Below are positions 1 to 8,525 of a DNA stretch of 64,000 bases, piece by piece; within the stretch, counting starts at the first letter, position 1; each line of letters opens with the position of its first letter. The stretch is from the NCBI GenBank assembly GCA_963664195.1, contig OY760907.1, positions 762,459 through 826,458 of the forward strand. Reading direction: 5' to 3'. The position numbers were made by a program, and so were the translations under genes. Under the pieces are notes generated by a model. It saw only the letters and a program-made list of their open reading frames with translations. It ran no database searches and had not been told where the DNA came from. The stretch is from an uncultured candidate division Zixibacteria bacterium (GTDB lineage Bacteria; Zixibacteria; MSB-5A5; GN15; FEB-12).

Positions 1-75
1 GGTCAAGGTTGACAATGCCCTCCCCGGTCGCGTATCTTGATGGCAATCCTCAACCACCACACTATCTGGAGGGAT

Positions 76-639
76 ATGAGATTTCCGCAACGACCTCGCC
101 AGACCCTCGTCGCAATCGTGGCGTGCGCTCTGGTACTCATGACGCTCCTGATAGGTTGTGCCAAGCACTTCTGGGCGTACTCGAGTGTTCCGACCGAGAT
201 ACGCCGCAAGACTTACTTCCTTCAATTCGACGTCAGTCCAATCGGGAGATCGCTAACTCTGGGCGATTCGATTGCCGGCTTTCCAACGAATGACCGGGCT
301 GACACGCTGTTCTTCTTTTCTGTCACCGTTTGCGAGCGCGATACTCTCAGCAATCCTCGATTGTCAATGGAAGTCACCGATGTCAAGATTACCGGACTCC
401 GGGATAAGGTCCTCTTACAAATCGGTCAGGCTTGGGAAACAGCCACCGAGCGGGGCGCACGTGGCTGGGGCGATACCTGGCAACGTCAAGCCTTCGGCCC
501 TATTCCCCTTCCTCCTCCGCGACCGGACTCCATAGCCGTCCATGCCGTTATAGTCATCAGAGAGAAGCAAAGCGGGATGGTAGTAGACAGCCTCAACCAA
601 GAGATAAGGGGAGAGTTGAGAAGGATCAGGTTACTGTGA
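76..639 (+). CDS. hypothetical lipoprotein
   Basis: ORF 37-639. The in-frame ATG at 76 lies just after GGAGGG. N-terminus MRFPQRPRQTLVAIVACALVLMTLLIGC is a signal peptide with a lipobox. No family recognised. Confidence 0.5.
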   Translation: MRFPQRPRQTLVAIVACALVLMTLLIGCAKHFWAYSSVPTEIRRKTYFLQFDVSPIGRSLTLGDSIAGFPTNDRADTLFFFSVTVCERDTLSNPRLSMEVTDVKITGLRDKVLLQIGQAWETATERGARGWGDTWQRQAFGPIPLPPPRPDSIAVHAVIVIREKQSGMVVDSLNQEIRGELRRIRLL

Positions 640-670
640 CGTTGGACCTTTCCTGAGTTCGACATCCCGT

Positions 671-737
671 CGCGTGCCACCCTCAAACGTTTCTGAACTC
701 TTTCCATTGGCGATTCGCCTGCCGATTTTGAGGGTGT
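671..737. repeat. REP-like element, family 4 (CGCGTGCCACCCTCAAACGTTT ... TTTGAGGGTGT long-loop hairpin)
   Basis: The arms CACCCTCAAA and TTTGAGGGTG are inverted repeats. Both arm sequences recur at 4542-4608. Confidence 0.8.
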
Positions 738-871
738 CTTCTGGTCGCTAAGCTGGGGCAGATTAGCACCTGCCGTCCACAAACTCGGTGTCGATCTATC
801 AGGACATCGCACCTTCTTCGTGCCCTCTCGAGAGGGGTGGCCCGTAGGGCCGGGGTGTGTTCGCTGACCGT

Positions 872-902
872 GGCGGGTTCGAAGACGGACCCGCCCTACA
901 AG
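872..902 (+). repeat. REP-like hairpin, family 2 (GC stem - GAAGAC-type loop - CCTACAAG tail)
   Basis: GGCGGGT..ACCCGCC stem followed by CTACAAG. The 18-mer GACGGACCCGCCCTACAA recurs inverted at 43214-43231. Confidence 0.8.
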
Positions 903-1078
903 ATTCCCCCTAAACCCCTGAAAACAAACCTGATACAGACCGTCGGATTTTGGCAAACTCCACTGGATTTTTGTAGCAAAAGGAGTATATTCGGCGGCAA
1001 CAGAAAGGCCCGCTCGGAGCCTTATCCGAACGGCCCCATAGCACTTGCAGTAGACTTTTATCCAGTGAGGTAGATACA

Positions 1079-2323
1079 GTGTCGATTGTACGCCCCTTCA
1101 AAGGCCTGCGGCCCAAGCCTGAATTGGCCGCCAGAGTAGCCTCTCCCCCGTACGATGTCCTCTCAAGCGACGAGGCACGGGCGATGGCCGCCAATAATCC
1201 AGATTCGTTTCTTCGTGTTAATAAAGCCGAAATCGATTTTGAACCGGGCGTAGACTCCTACTCCGAGCAGGTCTACCAGCGTGGCAAGGACAACCTGCAG
1301 CGGTTAATCGATGACGGTATCATGGTGCGCGATGAAAAGCCATGCCTCTACCTCTACCGCCTGACCTGGAAAGGCCAGAGCCAGACCGGCTTGGTCACGT
1401 TGACCTCGGTCGAGGAATACGACGCCGGCTTGATCAAAAAGCACGAGCACACCCGTCCGGAGAAGGTCAGCGACCGTGCCAACCATATCTCCTTCCTGGA
1501 GGCCCAGGTCGGACCGGTATTCTCGACTTTCCGTTTCGACGAAACTGTCGACGCCGTCTTCAAGAAAGTCCAGGCCAGCCCGGCCACGACCGATTTTACC
1601 GCTGACGACGGTGTCCGTCATGAGCTGTGGGTGGTCAGCGATGACGCTCAGATAAACGAGATTGTCAAGGCCTTTGGCGCGCTGCCGTGTCTATATATTG
1701 CCGATGGACACCATCGCAGCCAGTCTGCCTCAGAGGTCTGCCGCAGGATGAAAGAGAAGAACGCCAATCACACCGGCAAGGAACCGTACAACTTCTTCTT
1801 GAACGTACTGTTCGCCGACAAAGAACTGCGCATTCTCTCCTACAACCGTGTGGTCAAGGATCAGAACGGTCTCCCGGCCAACGGTGTGGCGGAAATGTCC
1901 GGTCACTGGTTTGATACCGAAGCGGTCGACGGTCCGGTTGATCCGAAAAACCCGAACGAGTTCGGTCTGTATGTCGGACACCAGTGGTACCTGATGAAAG
2001 CCAAAGACGGCTCCTACGATGCGAACCATCCGACCGAATCGATAGATGCTGCTATCCTGGCTAAGAATTTCCTCGGCCCGGTGCTCGGCATCAAAGACCC
2101 GCGAACTGACAAACGAATCGATTTTGTCGGCGGGATCAGAGGCGTCAAGGAACTCGTAAAACTGGTGGAGTCCGGCGAATACAAAGTCGCCTTCTCCCTG
2201 TACCCGACCTCGATTGCCCAACTGTTGACCGTCGCCGACGCTGGTGAAGTCATGCCTCCGAAGTCAACCTGGTTTGAGCCGAAACTCCGTAGCGGCATGG
2301 TCGTGAACTTGCTGAAAGACTAG
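1079..2323 (+). CDS. DUF1015 family protein
   Basis: 414-aa ORF with a GTG start. The N-terminus MSIVRPFKGLRP..ASPPYDV and the length match my recollection of DUF1015. It lies directly upstream of the serA-like and serC genes. Confidence 0.8.
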   Translation: MSIVRPFKGLRPKPELAARVASPPYDVLSSDEARAMAANNPDSFLRVNKAEIDFEPGVDSYSEQVYQRGKDNLQRLIDDGIMVRDEKPCLYLYRLTWKGQSQTGLVTLTSVEEYDAGLIKKHEHTRPEKVSDRANHISFLEAQVGPVFSTFRFDETVDAVFKKVQASPATTDFTADDGVRHELWVVSDDAQINEIVKAFGALPCLYIADGHHRSQSASEVCRRMKEKNANHTGKEPYNFFLNVLFADKELRILSYNRVVKDQNGLPANGVAEMSGHWFDTEAVDGPVDPKNPNEFGLYVGHQWYLMKAKDGSYDANHPTESIDAAILAKNFLGPVLGIKDPRTDKRIDFVGGIRGVKELVKLVESGEYKVAFSLYPTSIAQLLTVADAGEVMPPKSTWFEPKLRSGMVVNLLKD

Positions 2324-2346
2324 TATCTTAATTAAGGAATAGAAAC

Positions 2347-3231
2347 ATGCTTATACTCATTTCTGACGCTTTCGATGATGCCCTTCCGGGCAAGCTCGCC
2401 AAGTTCGGCGACGTTACCGATGACCAGGGCCGTCTGGCCGAGGCTGAGATCGTCCTGATCCGCAGCAAGACCAAGGTCACCAAGGAGTATGTTGACTCCG
2501 CCCCGAAACTGAAGATGGTCATTCGCGGCGGTGTGGGCCTCGACAATGTCGATATCCCGTACGCCAACAGCAAGGGAATCGCCGTGCACAATACTGCCGA
2601 CGCCTCTTCTGTAGCCGTGGCCGAGTTGGCGTTCGCGCTGATGATCGCGATGCCGAACCACGTCACTCGCGCCGACGCCACCATGCGTGACAAAGAGTGG
2701 GCCAAGAAGCAGCTCAAGCGCACTGAACTGCTGGGTAAGACGCTCGGTATCCTCGGACTGGGCCGTATCGGTTCCGCCCTGGCTTCCCGGGCCAAGGCTT
2801 TTGGCATGAACGTAATCGCGTATGACCCGTATGTCTACTTCTCAGATTTCGCGCAGATGAGAAGCGATCTGGATGAAGTCCTCGCCGAATCCGATTACAT
2901 TTCGATGCACATGCCCCTGCTCGACAGCACCAAGGGACTGATCAACAAGGACAAGATCGCAAAGATGAAAGACGGTGCCTTTATCGTCAACACCGGTCGC
3001 GGCAAGACGATCGTCGAGGCCGATGTAGCCGAAGCTCTCAAAAGCGGCAAACTCGGCGGTTTCGGTAACGATGTCTGGTACTCCGATCCCCCGGATTGGG
3101 ATTCCACTCCGCTGCTCGACGCTCCGAACTGTGTCTTTGCGCCGCATATCGGTGCCTCGACCAAAGAGAACATGGGACGTATCGGCCAGATGGTTGAAGG
3201 CCTGATCAGCGCCTATGTGGCAAGCAAGTAA
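2347..3231 (+). CDS. serA: D-3-phosphoglycerate dehydrogenase-like (D-isomer 2-hydroxyacid dehydrogenase family, short form)
   Basis: 294 aa. NAD-binding GILGLGRIGSALA (GxGxxG), then NTGRG and PHIGAST regions typical of the family. The gene is 31 nt upstream of serC. Confidence 0.75.
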   Translation: MLILISDAFDDALPGKLAKFGDVTDDQGRLAEAEIVLIRSKTKVTKEYVDSAPKLKMVIRGGVGLDNVDIPYANSKGIAVHNTADASSVAVAELAFALMIAMPNHVTRADATMRDKEWAKKQLKRTELLGKTLGILGLGRIGSALASRAKAFGMNVIAYDPYVYFSDFAQMRSDLDEVLAESDYISMHMPLLDSTKGLINKDKIAKMKDGAFIVNTGRGKTIVEADVAEALKSGKLGGFGNDVWYSDPPDWDSTPLLDAPNCVFAPHIGASTKENMGRIGQMVEGLISAYVASK

Positions 3232-3262
3232 CGAAGACTATTTTTGAAAAAGAGGCAATACA

Positions 3263-4348
3263 ATGGCTAGAATTTTCAACTTCAATGCGGGTCCCTCGAC
3301 CCTGCCGCTTGATGTCCTGAAGATCGTCCAGGACGAACTTCTGGATTATCGTGGCACGGGCATGTCGGTGATGGAAATGTCCCACCGCTCCCCGGAATTC
3401 GACGAGATCAACGAGCAGGCTATTTCCCTGACCCGTGAGCTGATGGGTCTCGACGAGAAGTACCATGTGATGTTTGTTGGCGGCGGCGCTTCCACGCAGT
3501 TCGCTTACATTCCGATGAACTTCCTCCACGAGGGCATGACCGCTGCCTATGTTGACACCGGCACATGGTCGACCAAAGCGCTTCAGGAAGCCCAGAACCT
3601 CGGCAATACGCATCTCGCGGGCAGCTCCAAGGACGAAGGCTACTGCCGCATCCCTAAACAGTCGGAACTCGATGTCCCGAAAGACGCCGCCTACCTGCAT
3701 ATCACCTCGAACAACACCATCAAGGGAACGCAGTACCATGAGTTCCCGCAGTACGACGGTATTCCGCTTATTGCCGATATGTCCTCGGACATTCTGTCGC
3801 GCAAGATAGACTTCACGAAGTTCAGCATGATCTACGCCGGCGCTCAGAAGAACCTGGGCCCGTCGGGCGTTACGATGGTTGTCATGCACGACGACATGCT
3901 GGCCAAATGCAAAAAGGGCCTGCCGTCGATGATCAACTACAACACGCACGCTTCGAAGAAATCACTCTACAACACACCGCCGGCGTTCGGCATTTACATG
4001 GTCAAGCTGAACATGGAATGGATCAAGGGGCAGGGCGGTCTCGAGGCGATTGAGAAGGTCAACCGGGCCAAGCAGGAACGCCTGTACCAGGTTTTCGATC
4101 TGTACCCGGATTACTTCAGGGGCACGGCCGAGGAAGACAGCCGTAGCTGGATGAACGTAACGTTCCGCCTTCCGAGCGAAGACCTCGAGAAGAAGTTCAT
4201 CGCCGAAGCGAAGGCGGCCGGTTTCGGCGGTCTGAAGGGTCACCGTTCGGTCGGCGGTTGCAGAGCTTCGATCTACAACGCGATGACGCTTGAGGGTTGC
4301 GAGAAGCTGGTCGAGTTCATGGAGGCTTTCAAGAAAGCCAACTCGTAG
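3263..4348 (+). CDS. serC: phosphoserine aminotransferase
   Basis: 361 aa. N-terminal IFNFNAGPSTLP, the YAGAQKNLGPSG region and the overall length are typical of SerC. Confidence 0.9.
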   Translation: MARIFNFNAGPSTLPLDVLKIVQDELLDYRGTGMSVMEMSHRSPEFDEINEQAISLTRELMGLDEKYHVMFVGGGASTQFAYIPMNFLHEGMTAAYVDTGTWSTKALQEAQNLGNTHLAGSSKDEGYCRIPKQSELDVPKDAAYLHITSNNTIKGTQYHEFPQYDGIPLIADMSSDILSRKIDFTKFSMIYAGAQKNLGPSGVTMVVMHDDMLAKCKKGLPSMINYNTHASKKSLYNTPPAFGIYMVKLNMEWIKGQGGLEAIEKVNRAKQERLYQVFDLYPDYFRGTAEEDSRSWMNVTFRLPSEDLEKKFIAEAKAAGFGGLKGHRSVGGCRASIYNAMTLEGCEKLVEFMEAFKKANS

Positions 4349-4360
4349 ATTGATTCGATT

Positions 4361-4388
4361 GTAGGTCGAAACTCCTGTAGTTACGACA
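4361..4388 (+). repeat. REP-like hairpin, family 1 (GTAGGTCGAAACT-loop-AGTTTCGACA)
   Basis: gtaggtcgaaactcctgtagttacgaca. A 9-bp stem with 1 mismatch, 13 nt after the serC stop. Near-identical copies at 21194 and 29207. Confidence 0.85.
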
Positions 4389-4469
4389 ATGGATTGATAT
4401 CGAAACCGGGATTCCGTATGGAATCCCGGTTTTGTTTGCGGGTGAGTATCTCTGAATGCAATCATCGTC

Positions 4470-4492
4470 GCCTTGGTGCCGCACTGCTTGCG
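4470..4492. repeat. dispersed 23-mer, family 3 (GCCTTGGTGCCGCACTGCTTGCG)
   Basis: An identical 23-mer is present at 19004-19026. Confidence 0.85.
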
Positions 4493-4541
4493 ATACGATT
4501 GGGATTCAATGCTTTGGTTTCAAGGAGAACAGACTTCTCAA

Positions 4542-4608
4542 CGCGTGCCACCCTCAAACGTTTCGTCCAGACTTCGACCCTCGCCGCAAGCTCGGAGTTT
4601 GAGGGTGT
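4542..4608. repeat. REP-like element, family 4 (second copy)
   Basis: It shares the 22-mer CGCGTGCCACCCTCAAACGTTT and the 11-mer TTTGAGGGTGT with 671-737. The loop sequence differs. Confidence 0.8.
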
Positions 4609-4918
4609 ACTCCCTTGAATCCGCGACGACACCTTCTCCGGGTGGCCGGTTCAAACTTGTTTGGACCGGATTCTCATCGCCCCCCAAGCAGTGCGGCACC
4701 GGGGCAGAGACAAGACAGGCAAGGACAATAGAACCGGCAAGGCTGTCACTCCCGTGGGCGGCAGACGATAGTGTGCCCGTTGAAAAACCGCCACCCCGAT
4801 ACGTCGTCTCTTGTTGACTCTCCCCCGATAATCCGCGAACCTTCCACTCAAGATGTCGGGTTTCTCACCCCGCCGCGGCGGGCCTCGGAACCGCGACCTA
4901 CTAAGACAGGAGAACCGC

Positions 4919-5563
4919 ATGTCTGATAAATACAAAGCCGATGAAGCCGATTTCACACAGTTAGCCGAAATCGCACGAGAAACCCTCATCGGGCGCGTCG
5001 GGATCATCACCCCCGATGGATATCCGAGAGTCGTGCCGATCAATTTCGCTCTCCTCGATGGCCGTATCTACTTCCACGGTGCGCTCTCCGGCGAGAAGTA
5101 CGACGTGTTCGCCACCAACCCCAAGGTCACGATCTCAATAGACATCCCGTACGCCGCGCTCCCATCGTACTGGCAAAGCGAGCAGTACGGCTGCAAAGCC
5201 AATCAATTCTACAAGTCTGTCCTCGTCAAAGGTCGCGGATCTCTCGTGACCGAGGTCGCCGAGAAGACAGCCTCGCTGCAGGCGTTGATGGAAAAGCACC
5301 AACCCGAGGGTCGCTTCACTAAACTCACTCCCGATGAGCCGCTCTACAAAAAAGTCATCGCAGAAACCGGCATCTACCGGATCGACCCGGAACAAATCAC
5401 AGTCAAAACGTCATTCGGGCAGAACATGACCGAGCGCCTTCGTAACAAGATCATCGACCTTCTCGAAGAACGCGACTCTGAAGTCGATCTCAAAACCACC
5501 GAGGAGGTTCGCAAGACGCTCGTAGAAGACTTCGATTATACTGAAGGGAAACATGATGAATAG
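4919..5563 (+). CDS. pyridoxamine 5'-phosphate oxidase-like (FMN-binding split-barrel) family protein
   Basis: ORF 4853-5563. The ATG at 4919 is preceded by AGGAGA. GRVGIITPDGYPRVVPINFALLDGRIYFHGA resembles the PNPOx-like family. The C-terminal ~60 aa are acidic and unassigned. Confidence 0.65.
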   Translation: MSDKYKADEADFTQLAEIARETLIGRVGIITPDGYPRVVPINFALLDGRIYFHGALSGEKYDVFATNPKVTISIDIPYAALPSYWQSEQYGCKANQFYKSVLVKGRGSLVTEVAEKTASLQALMEKHQPEGRFTKLTPDEPLYKKVIAETGIYRIDPEQITVKTSFGQNMTERLRNKIIDLLEERDSEVDLKTTEEVRKTLVEDFDYTEGKHDE

Positions 5564-5942
5564 AAAGCTCATCACTTCCGGCTCACCGTACGAAGAGCCG
5601 ATCGGCTTCTCACGCGCCGTGAGAGTCGGCAATGTCATCTCGGTTGCCGGTACCGGTCCTATCGGTCCCGACGGCAACACGGCCTGTGTCGGTGATGCCT
5701 ACGGTCAGGCGATGCGATGTCTCGAGATCATTAAGAAAGCTATCGAAGACGCAGGCGGCAAAATCGAAAACGTGATTCGTACGCGACAGATGATCACCGA
5801 CATCTCAAAATGGGAAGAAGTCGGTCGCGCTCACGGGAAGTTTTTCTCCGAAATAAGACCGGCCAGCACGATGGTCGAGGTGAAGGGATTGGTGCAACCG
5901 GACTGGATTGTGGAGATCGAGGCAGACTGTGTGATCGACTGA
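5553..5942 (+). CDS. RidA/YjgF/TdcF family protein
   Basis: 129 aa. 'FSRAVRVGNVISVAGTGPIGPDG' and the C-terminal 'VEIEADCVI' fit the endoribonuclease L-PSP/RidA fold family. It overlaps the upstream gene by 11 nt. Confidence 0.85.
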   Translation: MMNRKLITSGSPYEEPIGFSRAVRVGNVISVAGTGPIGPDGNTACVGDAYGQAMRCLEIIKKAIEDAGGKIENVIRTRQMITDISKWEEVGRAHGKFFSEIRPASTMVEVKGLVQPDWIVEIEADCVID

Positions 5943-6120
5943 TACGGTGAAGTAGGCGGGCTACCCAAGCCATTGGCAAACAGTCTATTACGAGCGCGGT
6001 GAATGATTCACACGTTCCCCACATTTAGGAACAGGTAGCCGCTAATCACTTGACAAATCGGGTTTGAAAACGTTCTTTTCAGCTTGATGCCAACCGCCAA
6101 CTCGTCCAAAGGAGCCCCTC

Positions 6121-7347
6121 TTGCAAGCGGAAAACGAGGCGCAGATCGCTCGCGTTGATATGTTCGATAAGTGTCGGTCTTTCACCACTGCCGAGGAAGT
6201 GCGGCAGATGGGAATATATCCCTATTTTCACCCTATTCAGGATGCTCCTGGTGACGAAGTTTTGGTCGACGGCAAACGTTGCGTGATGATTGGCTCCAAC
6301 AATTACCTGGGGCTGGTCAACCATCCGAAAGTCAAAGAAGCTGCTGCCAAAGCGGCCCTGAAATATGGTTCCGGCTGCACTGGTTCGCCTTTCCTCAACG
6401 GTACGCTCGATTTGCATCTGGAGCTTCAAGAACGGCTCGCCAGATTCGTCGGCACCGAGGATGCCCTCGTCTTCTCGACCGGCTTCCAGACAAACCTCGG
6501 TTCGATATCCTGCCTCGCCGGCAAAAACGACGCCCTCGTGATCGACCGCCAGGACCATGCCTGTATAGTGGACGCCTGCCGCCTTTCATACGGAAAAACC
6601 TATAAATTCGCCCATAACGACATGGAAGATCTGGACCGCGTTCTGACCAACGTTCGGAGTATAAACTCCCGAGGCGGGATCATGATCGTTGTCGACGGTG
6701 TTTTCTCGATGGAAGGTGACATCATTGATCTCCCGGCGCTGGTAAAAGTAGCAAAGAGACACAACGCGCGGATTATGGTCGATGACGCCCATTCCATCGG
6801 CGTGCTCGGCAAGACCGGAGCCGGCACCGCGCAGCACTTCGGCCTTCAAGATGAGGTTGACCTGACGATGGGGACTTTCTCCAAGTCATTCGCCTCACAG
6901 GGCGGCTTCATTGCCGGCGACAAACAGGTTATTGAGTATGTTAAGCACTTCGCCCGCGCGCTCATTTTTTCGGCCTCGATCACGCCATCGTCGGCAGCAG
7001 CCGTGCTGGCAGCCCTGGACATCACAGAAGCCGAGCCAGAACGTCGAGAGAATCTCTGGAAGAATGCACGCCGGATGCAGAAGGAACTTCGCGGCCTCGG
7101 TTTTGATATCGGCAGGACGGCGACGCCGGTGATTCCTATCCTTATTGGAGAGGACATCGCCTGTTTCGAGTTCTGGAAAGCACTCTATGATAACGGCGTA
7201 TTTGCCAACCCGGCTGTTTCGCCGGCAGTCCCGCCGGGGCATGCCATGATTCGTACCTCCTACACCGCCACACAGACCGACGAGCAACTTGACCGCGTAC
7301 TTGAAGTCATGGCCAAGGTCGGTCGCGAGAAGGGATTGATTTCCTAG
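6121..7347 (+). CDS. alpha-oxoamine synthase, serine palmitoyltransferase-like (PLP-dependent)
   Basis: 408 aa. TTG start 6 nt after AAAGGAG, with an alternative ATG at 6160. PLP-lysine motif GTFSKSFASQGGF. 'GSPFLNGT' and 'DDAHSIGVLGKTGAGT' are closer to SPT (GSRMLNGT, GTFSKS) than to KBL (ICGT, GTLGKA) or BioF as I recall them. Confidence 0.8.
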   Translation: MQAENEAQIARVDMFDKCRSFTTAEEVRQMGIYPYFHPIQDAPGDEVLVDGKRCVMIGSNNYLGLVNHPKVKEAAAKAALKYGSGCTGSPFLNGTLDLHLELQERLARFVGTEDALVFSTGFQTNLGSISCLAGKNDALVIDRQDHACIVDACRLSYGKTYKFAHNDMEDLDRVLTNVRSINSRGGIMIVVDGVFSMEGDIIDLPALVKVAKRHNARIMVDDAHSIGVLGKTGAGTAQHFGLQDEVDLTMGTFSKSFASQGGFIAGDKQVIEYVKHFARALIFSASITPSSAAAVLAALDITEAEPERRENLWKNARRMQKELRGLGFDIGRTATPVIPILIGEDIACFEFWKALYDNGVFANPAVSPAVPPGHAMIRTSYTATQTDEQLDRVLEVMAKVGREKGLIS

Positions 7348-7351
7348 TACT

Positions 7352-8479
7352 ATGGGCAATGTCGAAGTAGTAGAAGTAGAATCCCGAGCACAGCTCAAGA
7401 AGTTCATCACCTATCCGAACAAACTGTATGCTGGCGACAAGAACTACGTCACCCCGTTAATAATGGAGCGTAAGGAATTCTTTGACACTGCACACAATCC
7501 GTTCTATCGGGTGGCGCGCACCAAGCTGTTTTTGGCGATGCGGGACAACGAAGTAGTCGGTCGTATCGCTACCTGCATCTATTACCGCCACAACGAATAC
7601 CACGAGGAACAGACCGGCTTCTTTGGGTTTTTCGATACGCCGGACGATGAAGAGATTTCGCACAAGCTGCTCAAAGTGGCGATGATTACGCTCAAAAAGG
7701 CTGGCATGGACAAGATGCGCGGCCCGATGAATTTCTCGACCAATCACGAGTGCGGATTCCTCCTCGAGGGATTTGACAGCCCCCCCATGGTCATGATGAC
7801 CTACAACAATCCGTATCAGGTACGTCTCGCGGAATCCTTTGGCTTGAAGAAGGCCATGGACCTGTTGGCGTTCACGATCAACAAGGATCAGGGCATTCCG
7901 GAGCGACTGCAAAACGTGGTCGACAAGGTGCGGAAGCGGACGAAAGTCACGATTCGAAGCCTGAACATGAAGGATTTCGATCATGAGCTTGAACTCGTCC
8001 AGAAGATCTACAACTCCGGCTGGGCCAACAACTGGGGATTCGTACCGATGGATGAAGCGGAGTTTGCTCACCTCGCCAAGAATCTCAAGCAGATTGTTGA
8101 TCCGGACATCGTCTTGATAGCAGAATGCGAAGGCGAACCGGTCGGCTTCTCGCTCGCCCTGCCCAACATTAACCAGGCACTCATCAAACTCAACGGCAGG
8201 CTGTTCCCCACCGGACTCGCCAAACTCCTCTGGCACACAAAGATCAGGAACAAGGTAGACTCGACTCGACTGGTCATTTTCGGTATCGTTCCTCAGTTCC
8301 AGAAACGCGCCATTGATTCTATGCTTTTTATCGAGACCTTCCACCGGGGGGTTGCCAAAGGGTACAACACGGCCGAGCTGTCCTGGATTCTCGAAACAAA
8401 CGAACTCATGTGTCGCTCGGCGGAACAGATGGGCGCCAAACCGTATAAGAAGTATCGTATTGTCGAGATGCCGCTTTAG
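7352..8479 (+). CDS. large GNAT-fold N-acyltransferase family protein
   Basis: 375 aa, starting 4 nt after the upstream stop. The acyl-CoA N-acyltransferase-like core is GEPVGFSLALPNINQAL...VPQFQKRAIDSMLF. The specific function is unknown. Confidence 0.6.
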   Translation: MGNVEVVEVESRAQLKKFITYPNKLYAGDKNYVTPLIMERKEFFDTAHNPFYRVARTKLFLAMRDNEVVGRIATCIYYRHNEYHEEQTGFFGFFDTPDDEEISHKLLKVAMITLKKAGMDKMRGPMNFSTNHECGFLLEGFDSPPMVMMTYNNPYQVRLAESFGLKKAMDLLAFTINKDQGIPERLQNVVDKVRKRTKVTIRSLNMKDFDHELELVQKIYNSGWANNWGFVPMDEAEFAHLAKNLKQIVDPDIVLIAECEGEPVGFSLALPNINQALIKLNGRLFPTGLAKLLWHTKIRNKVDSTRLVIFGIVPQFQKRAIDSMLFIETFHRGVAKGYNTAELSWILETNELMCRSAEQMGAKPYKKYRIVEMPL

Positions 8480-8525
8480 TCGACGGTTCGATTAAACAAA
8501 ACCTCAGCCAGAACGTTCTGTTACT

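Noticed and set aside
872-890. tRNA T-arm-like GGGTTCGAAGAC sequence
   Set aside because: The flanking 5-mers are not complementary as a T-stem, and no acceptor or anticodon arms can be built. The sequence is the loop of a family-2 REP hairpin. No tRNA was found anywhere in the window.
3206-3949. 247-aa minus-strand ORF
   Set aside because: It lies entirely antisense to serC, which has unmistakable homology. Its sequence is Arg/His/Val-rich with no motif, which is typical of a shadow frame in a GC-rich gene.
4394-4817. Small plus-strand ORFs (74 and 114 aa) in the serC downstream spacer
   Set aside because: They are composed of translated REP-like modules that recur at non-coding sites elsewhere. 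They have no RBS and their composition is implausible.
7457-8344. 295-aa minus-strand ORF
   Set aside because: It is antisense to the GNAT gene, which is coupled to the upstream AOS. It has no signal, motif or RBS, so it is a shadow ORF.
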